Source: Flectonema sp. DT1601
Taxonomy: Eukaryota
Length of the DNA stretch: 64,000 bases
NCBI GenBank assembly: GCA_964019425.1
Contig: OZ025782.1
Span: 1,364,001-1,428,000 of the forward strand
Direction: 5' to 3'
A program made the translations under genes and the position numbers. How positions within the stretch are numbered: position 1 is the stretch's first letter; each line of letters opens with the position of its first letter. The notes below the pieces were generated by a model. That model was not told where the DNA came from. It did no database searches and worked only from the letters and a program-made list of their open reading frames with translations. Below are positions 47,501-53,500 of this stretch, one piece after another.

Positions 47501-50500
47501 TTCGTCTGGCAACGGAGAGCTTCTCCCTCGTACCAGTCGAGGTCCGCAAGGAGCTGCGTCCTGTCACCAGTCAACTTTCCGCATGTGTCAGCCACAGTCG
47601 GAGTGGTTCCCGTAATGATACTCAGCGATGGGATACCGTCTCCCTTTGTTACCCCGCTATTAGGATTGCATGAGCACGTAGGGCACTGGGCAACCCGAAC
47701 TCCTGTGTCCCACGAGTTGAAGGCCACACGAAGCTTTCCTCCCTTGACGTTCGAGTTGATACCCTTGGTTGAATCCTCGCCGGTCAGGGGAACCTTCTGT
47801 ACCCAGTCCCTCATCACTTCCATCAGAGCATCAAACCCGCTAGGGTGACGACCGAACGTCTTGTCCATCGAGCACGACGCGTCAAACGACACCACCACGT
47901 CGAGGTCAGGGCAGCTCGAGTACTTCTGGTCTACACAAACCGCAGAGCCACTTGATCTGTCAATAATGCAGCGAGGGTCTTCTTTGCACGGACAAATGAA
48001 GTCATTAGGGAACAGGTTGCTGTTGTAGTCACTGCACACCTTGTCAACGCACTTGTTGTTTGCGACGTCCCATCTGCACACCCCTTTTTGGTCACTGTTG
48101 CAGCTGTCCTTGTTTGCGTGCGTGTCAAAGCAGTACTTCTCTGCGCACAACCCACACCCAACAGCGTCCCAATGGCAGTCCGTGTCGCGGTTACACGACA
48201 CCTCGTCAGCGTGCGGGTAGCACTTGGTCTCCGAACATGTCGTACCGTCCCAGTTGCAGGCTGTGTCTGCGAGGCACTCGGCTTGAGTTGTTGTCGTACA
48301 GCGTTTCTTGTGGCACAGCGGGTTCGCACCATCGCCCCACTCACATCTAGGTACATTTAGTTGGTTCTCACAAGAACTCTGATCGGTAAAGAGGCAAACT
48401 TTGTTGATACACGAGTCGCTCACGCAGTCCCAGTCGCACAACCCACTCGGGTCAGCAAGGCACTTTTGCTCATCTTTGATTTCTTTGCAGTCTGGCTTGG
48501 TTGGGTTGCATGTTCCCGTTGGTGCATCCCATTTGCACTTGTCATCGGCGTTGCACGGCCCAGGCGCGAAGTGCTGGCAGTCTTTCGGGTCGCATTCAGC
48601 TGGAACCTTTGTCGTATTCCAATCACACAGGTCATCCTGCACGCAATCCTGCTGAGCTGGATGCTTGCATACTTCACGCTGGCACTTATCCTGGTCCCAG
48701 AAGCATCCAGTAGCTAAATCGCAGTCCGGCTTGAGACAGTGCTTCTCGCATTCCGTCGTTACGCACATTCCACTAGCTGTGTTCCTCGCTCCCGCGGTAC
48801 ACGCCACGGAACCCCCAGCGAGCATGCAGTTCTCACAAACAAACCCAGCAGCCTTCTGTGTTGCTGAAAGCTCTAGACAGTTCAGGTTCAAGCAACCTTC
48901 AGCCGCTGCACATTTCTGGGGAACCACGTCCTGCCAGTCACAAGCCTGATCAGCCCTGCACTCCAGCTTCACTCCCCATTTTGAGCAAGGGACAACAGCT
49001 CCGGTCGCCGGCGGCGGCGTATTTCCTCCCTGGTTCTGGTGCGCTAGGATGGCGGCCCCAAAGCGGCCAGCAGGATCACAGAAGTCCTTAAATACCTCAT
49101 CCAACATGTCGTCCAGTGGAACGTTCACAAAGTGGTCATCGTGCGGGTCCGAAGTGATCGGCTTCAGAGTCTTCTCTGCATCCAAGTCTGCCTTCGTGTG
49201 CGCGGCACTCTTCCTTACAACTACACCGAAGGTGATTACATCCATATTGTCCAAGCTCTGGCGGATAGCTGGGATTTCGCTGCTGCTCTGCGGTTCCTTA
49301 GGGTTCATAGCTCCATCAGTGATGACGATCAGTACGTGTTGTCTGTGTGATGGCGATCCCTGGAATACGTGCACCGCATCCTCCAGTGCTTTTGCCATGT
49401 AAGTAACTGACTTCATGTAGTTCGTCTCGTGCCAGTCGAGGTCGACATTCAGCTCGCTGAGATCTCCACTGAGTTCTCCATCTGTGCATGTACCAGCAGG
49501 GGCAGGAGCGCGGCAACCCCTCGTTCCTAAAGTGCATCCCTGGCCGTTGTTCTTGCACACCCAGTATGCGTCAGTTCTCGAGAATTGTACGAACGCAAGA
49601 CGGAAAGTTCCACCGATAACCGAGGATTGCTGGCCCACCGTGTGATCCTCACCTGTCAACGGAAGGGTCTGCATCCAGTCACGCAGCATCTCTACCATTC
49701 CAAAGTATCCGTGAGGGTGGTTTCCGAATCTCGCACTCATGGAGCCAGATCCGTCCAGCACAAACACCACATCGAGATCTGGGCATGCCGATACGTGCAC
49801 ATCCCTACACTTCGGGTTGGTGGTTGAATCCCAGTAGCAGTCGGGGTTTTTAGTGCAGTCGCAGTTTGTTAGGTCACCGCATCTTGTCTTCTCACAGTAA
49901 GTTCCATTCCCATCGCTTCCTTGCTTACAGTTGGGGTCCGACGAGCACCTTGCATCGACTGTGCTTGCTGGTGGGTACTTTGTGTTGTACGCCACAGTAC
50001 ATTCCGTTGGCTGGCACGATGCAGGCGCCGTGGTGGTGTTCCAGTGGCAGCGTGGGTCATGGTCGCACGCAACGATGTCGTCTCCGAAGCTTGGGCAGTA
50101 ATCCGTCGTGCACGGGGTTGTTCCATCCCACATACAGAGTGGATCCTGGTCGCAGTTATTCTGAGTTGTGTGCACCTTGCACTTATCAACTTCGCATTGC
50201 TGGCTGCGGGTGTTCCACTTACAGTTCTCGCATCCAGCCGCGTCACAAGGTTGCTGAGCAGTATACGTGCACGGTCTCTCTGAGCATGCCCCATTAACCC
50301 ATTCGCAATTCGAGTCGACGCCGCACGTTGCTGTGGTCGTGTATTGACAACGACTGTCGCGGCATTCAGTTGGCAATGAGCAGTTGTACACACACTGCGG
50401 GTCCGCAAGGCAATCCGCCTGCGACTTTCCGTCACATGTTGGGATTTGCAAGCACACAGGCGGGTCAACACCCGTATCCCACAAGCAGTCGGTCTTGTTA

Positions 50501-53500
50501 AGGCACGCATCCTGCACAAATATAGCAGCGCACGGTTTCTTCGAGCAGTCCCTGGTATTGTCATCCCACTGGCACAGTGAGTCCGCGTCTCCTTCGCAGT
50601 TCGTCTTGTCAGTGTGCTCGCATACCTTTCTGGTACATTCTTTCGGTGTTCCCGACCACGAGCATGCGGGGTCCTTGTCACAGCAGTCTTTCTCGCAACA
50701 CTCCTTGCAGTGTGTCGCCGAGCAAGTACCATCAATTGCAGAGACTACTCCAGCACCGCAGATGACCGTTGCCCGTTGCAGCTTACAGTTCGCGCACTGG
50801 TAAATTCCAGCGTATTGGCTCGGCACAGCCCGACAGTTCAATTCAGGACACCCGGTTGGTGAGTCGCACTTGCTGAGCTTCGGCTGTTTCCATTCGCAGT
50901 ATTTATCGGCGTTACACTCGTCCTTGAATCCCCAAGTTGCACACGGGAAGTGCGTGCTGTCAACAGGTGGGATGAGAGACTTTCCGATCGGGCTCGATGG
51001 GTCGCAGAATACATTCAGCAGTTGGCTCGGGATCTCGTCCAGCTGCAGGTTCAAGAAGTGGTCATCCTTCGGATCCGTAACCAAAGGTTTCAATCTCAGT
51101 TCTGCATAGTCATCCTGATAAGTGCGTCCAGTAAATCTGCGCATCACTACACCAAACACAATAACATTCTCTTTGCGGAGGTCCTGTTGAGCCTTGTCGA
51201 GCATACCAGGGTAGGTTGGCTGCCACAACTGATCACATCCGAAAGGACACTGATTGCACGAATTTCTAGCGCTGCATGCGTCTCCGTTGATATCGGTTAA
51301 CCCACCGTCGGCGATAATAACCACAATATGCTTTCTGTGAGGTGGTGAGTTTTGAGGCAAGAAGGTGTGATCGGCAACATCTTGCAAGGCGTCGTGGATG
51401 TAGGTCCATTGACGCTGGTAGTTCGCCTCGTGCCAGTCGATATCCCCCATCAGCTCCTGCAGGTTACCAGACAGCATACCGTCAGTGCACTGACCGATCG
51501 CGCAGTTAGTTGGATGGTCTTCATCAGGACGTGCGTTCGCCTTTGAGAACTGGATGAAGGTAATACGAAACGTTCCACCTGTCACTGCCGAGTTCTGTCT
51601 TACAGTATGGTCCTCGCCCGTCAGCGGTAGGGTCTTCACCCAGTCGCGAAGCATTTCCAGAAGGGCAGTGTATCCGTGCGCATGGCGCCCGAATGATCTC
51701 CACATCGATCCTGAACCGTCAATTACAAAGGCAACATCCAGGTCTGGGCATTGGGACAACGAAGGGATCGCACAGTGCGGGTTGTTTGGGTCTGCCACCC
51801 ACGTGCAGTCCGGATCTTCGTTACACTTGCACTCATCCTTCGGGTTGTTATATTTGTCACACGTTTTAACAGCGCAGTACGCAGGGTTCGCGTTCGTTTG
51901 CCACATACACTTGTCATCGTTCTGGCACGCCGGCTGCGTTGGGTACCCTCCACATGGTGTCTGTGTGCATACTGGCGGCGTACCTGTCGTGTCCCAGTGG
52001 CACGCGGTATCTGCGTTACACGAACCGGCGTCAGGGTGCTTCACACATGGCCTTTCCACGCACTTGTCGAGTGCGGTGTCCCATTGGCACTTAGTATCGG
52101 CATTGCAAGTTGTGTCACTAACGTATTGGCAGATTTTCTCCGCGCAGTACTCAACCAACGTCGATGGCGGGCCAGGTGGTGGAGGGGTCTGCACAGGAAC
52201 CCACTCGCATCCGTCCTCAGCATTACAGTCTCCTTCTTTTGTGTGAAGACACTTCTTTGGGTAGCATTTCGGGGTCTTGCTAGGATCATACTCACACACA
52301 CTGAGGAAGCAGTAATCTGGATCTCCTGCAGGAGGATTGCACGGAGCTCCCATTTCGACCGCTACTGCTTCACATGGTTGTTCGTTCTCGTGTACGCGGC
52401 AAGGATCATCGATACATTTGTTTGTTGCCCACATTGCGTTCCACAAGCAGTCTTTATCAGTTTTGCATTGTGCTTCATCTTTACCACTGCACCCTGGTTG
52501 CTCGCGCTTACAGTCGCCATTATCCCACAAGCATCCCGGATGAGCCTTACAGTCAGTCTCTGAACACAACGGGTAACAGTCTGATTGAGTGCATGATGGC
52601 GTAATTGAAGCATCCCACTTGCAGTTCAGGTCCGCCATGCAGTCCGTCTCACTCCCTTTCGGTGCACACCCGCTCGGTACAGTCACAGTCCCAGCAGCGA
52701 TTCCCCTTCCAAAAACGCTTGTAGAGTCGCAAATCTGATCCAGTACCTGTTCCTTGAAGTGGTCGAGGTCAACGTTGAGGAAGTGATCATCCTGTGGGTC
52801 AGACACCAGCGGCTTTAGCTTCGCTTCCGCCTGAAGATCTTGGCGTGTGTGCCCAGTCGCCTTCCTCACAACCACACCGAAGATTTGCGCGTCATGGTCG
52901 TTCTTTAACTTGTCCTCTATCGTACGAATGTCGCTGTCCCGGTCATGTAGCGCACCGTCAGTAATGATCATCACAATCTTCTTTCTCGCCTGGCCGCTAT
53001 TCTGAAAGGTGTCATATGCCACTTGCAATGCCGGAGCTAAAATCGTCTTGCCCTGACTCCACCTCCTGCAGAAGAAGTTCTCGTGGAAGGTTACGTCGTT
53101 CGAAAGGCTGGCGTAGTTTCCAGACAATGCAGCTCCCTGAGTTGTTCCCGCAACTGCGACCCACGGTTTACAGTTTACGAATCCCGCAGGCGCAGGTGGA
53201 GAGTTTTGCGCGGTCTGCGCTTCACCAGGCTTACCAAACTGCACCAACGAGGCACGAATACCGTACGTCGAGGTCGACGATGGCGCCAACTCAGCAGTGT
53301 GCAGAAAGTCTCTCATTTCCTCCATCATTCCGTAAAACCCGACTGCATGTGATCCAAACCTGGCGTCCATCGAACCTGATCCGTCAAGCAAGAATGAGAT
53401 GTCGACAGGTGGACACTGCACATTAGGATCAACACAATGGTTGTTTGCTGAATCCCAAATACAGTCCGGCGAGGCAGCTAAACAGTCGCACTTGTCGCTG

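Larger units (their letters stand above)
19771..53415 (-). repeat. Protein-level array of 19 vWA domains, each followed by a Cys-rich linker (module mostly about 1.5-1.6 kb)
   Basis: The CPxxD-hydrophobic-DxSxSM motif or a variant occurs at about 53380, 51715, 49750, 47880, 46275, 44680, 39795, 38215, 35655, 34105, 32600, 31085, 29520, 27970, 26390, 24860, 23395, 21885 and 20380. Each is typically followed by R(V/L)xxxQF, hydrophobic-TDG and LKPITSxPxxxHF elements. Confidence 0.92.
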
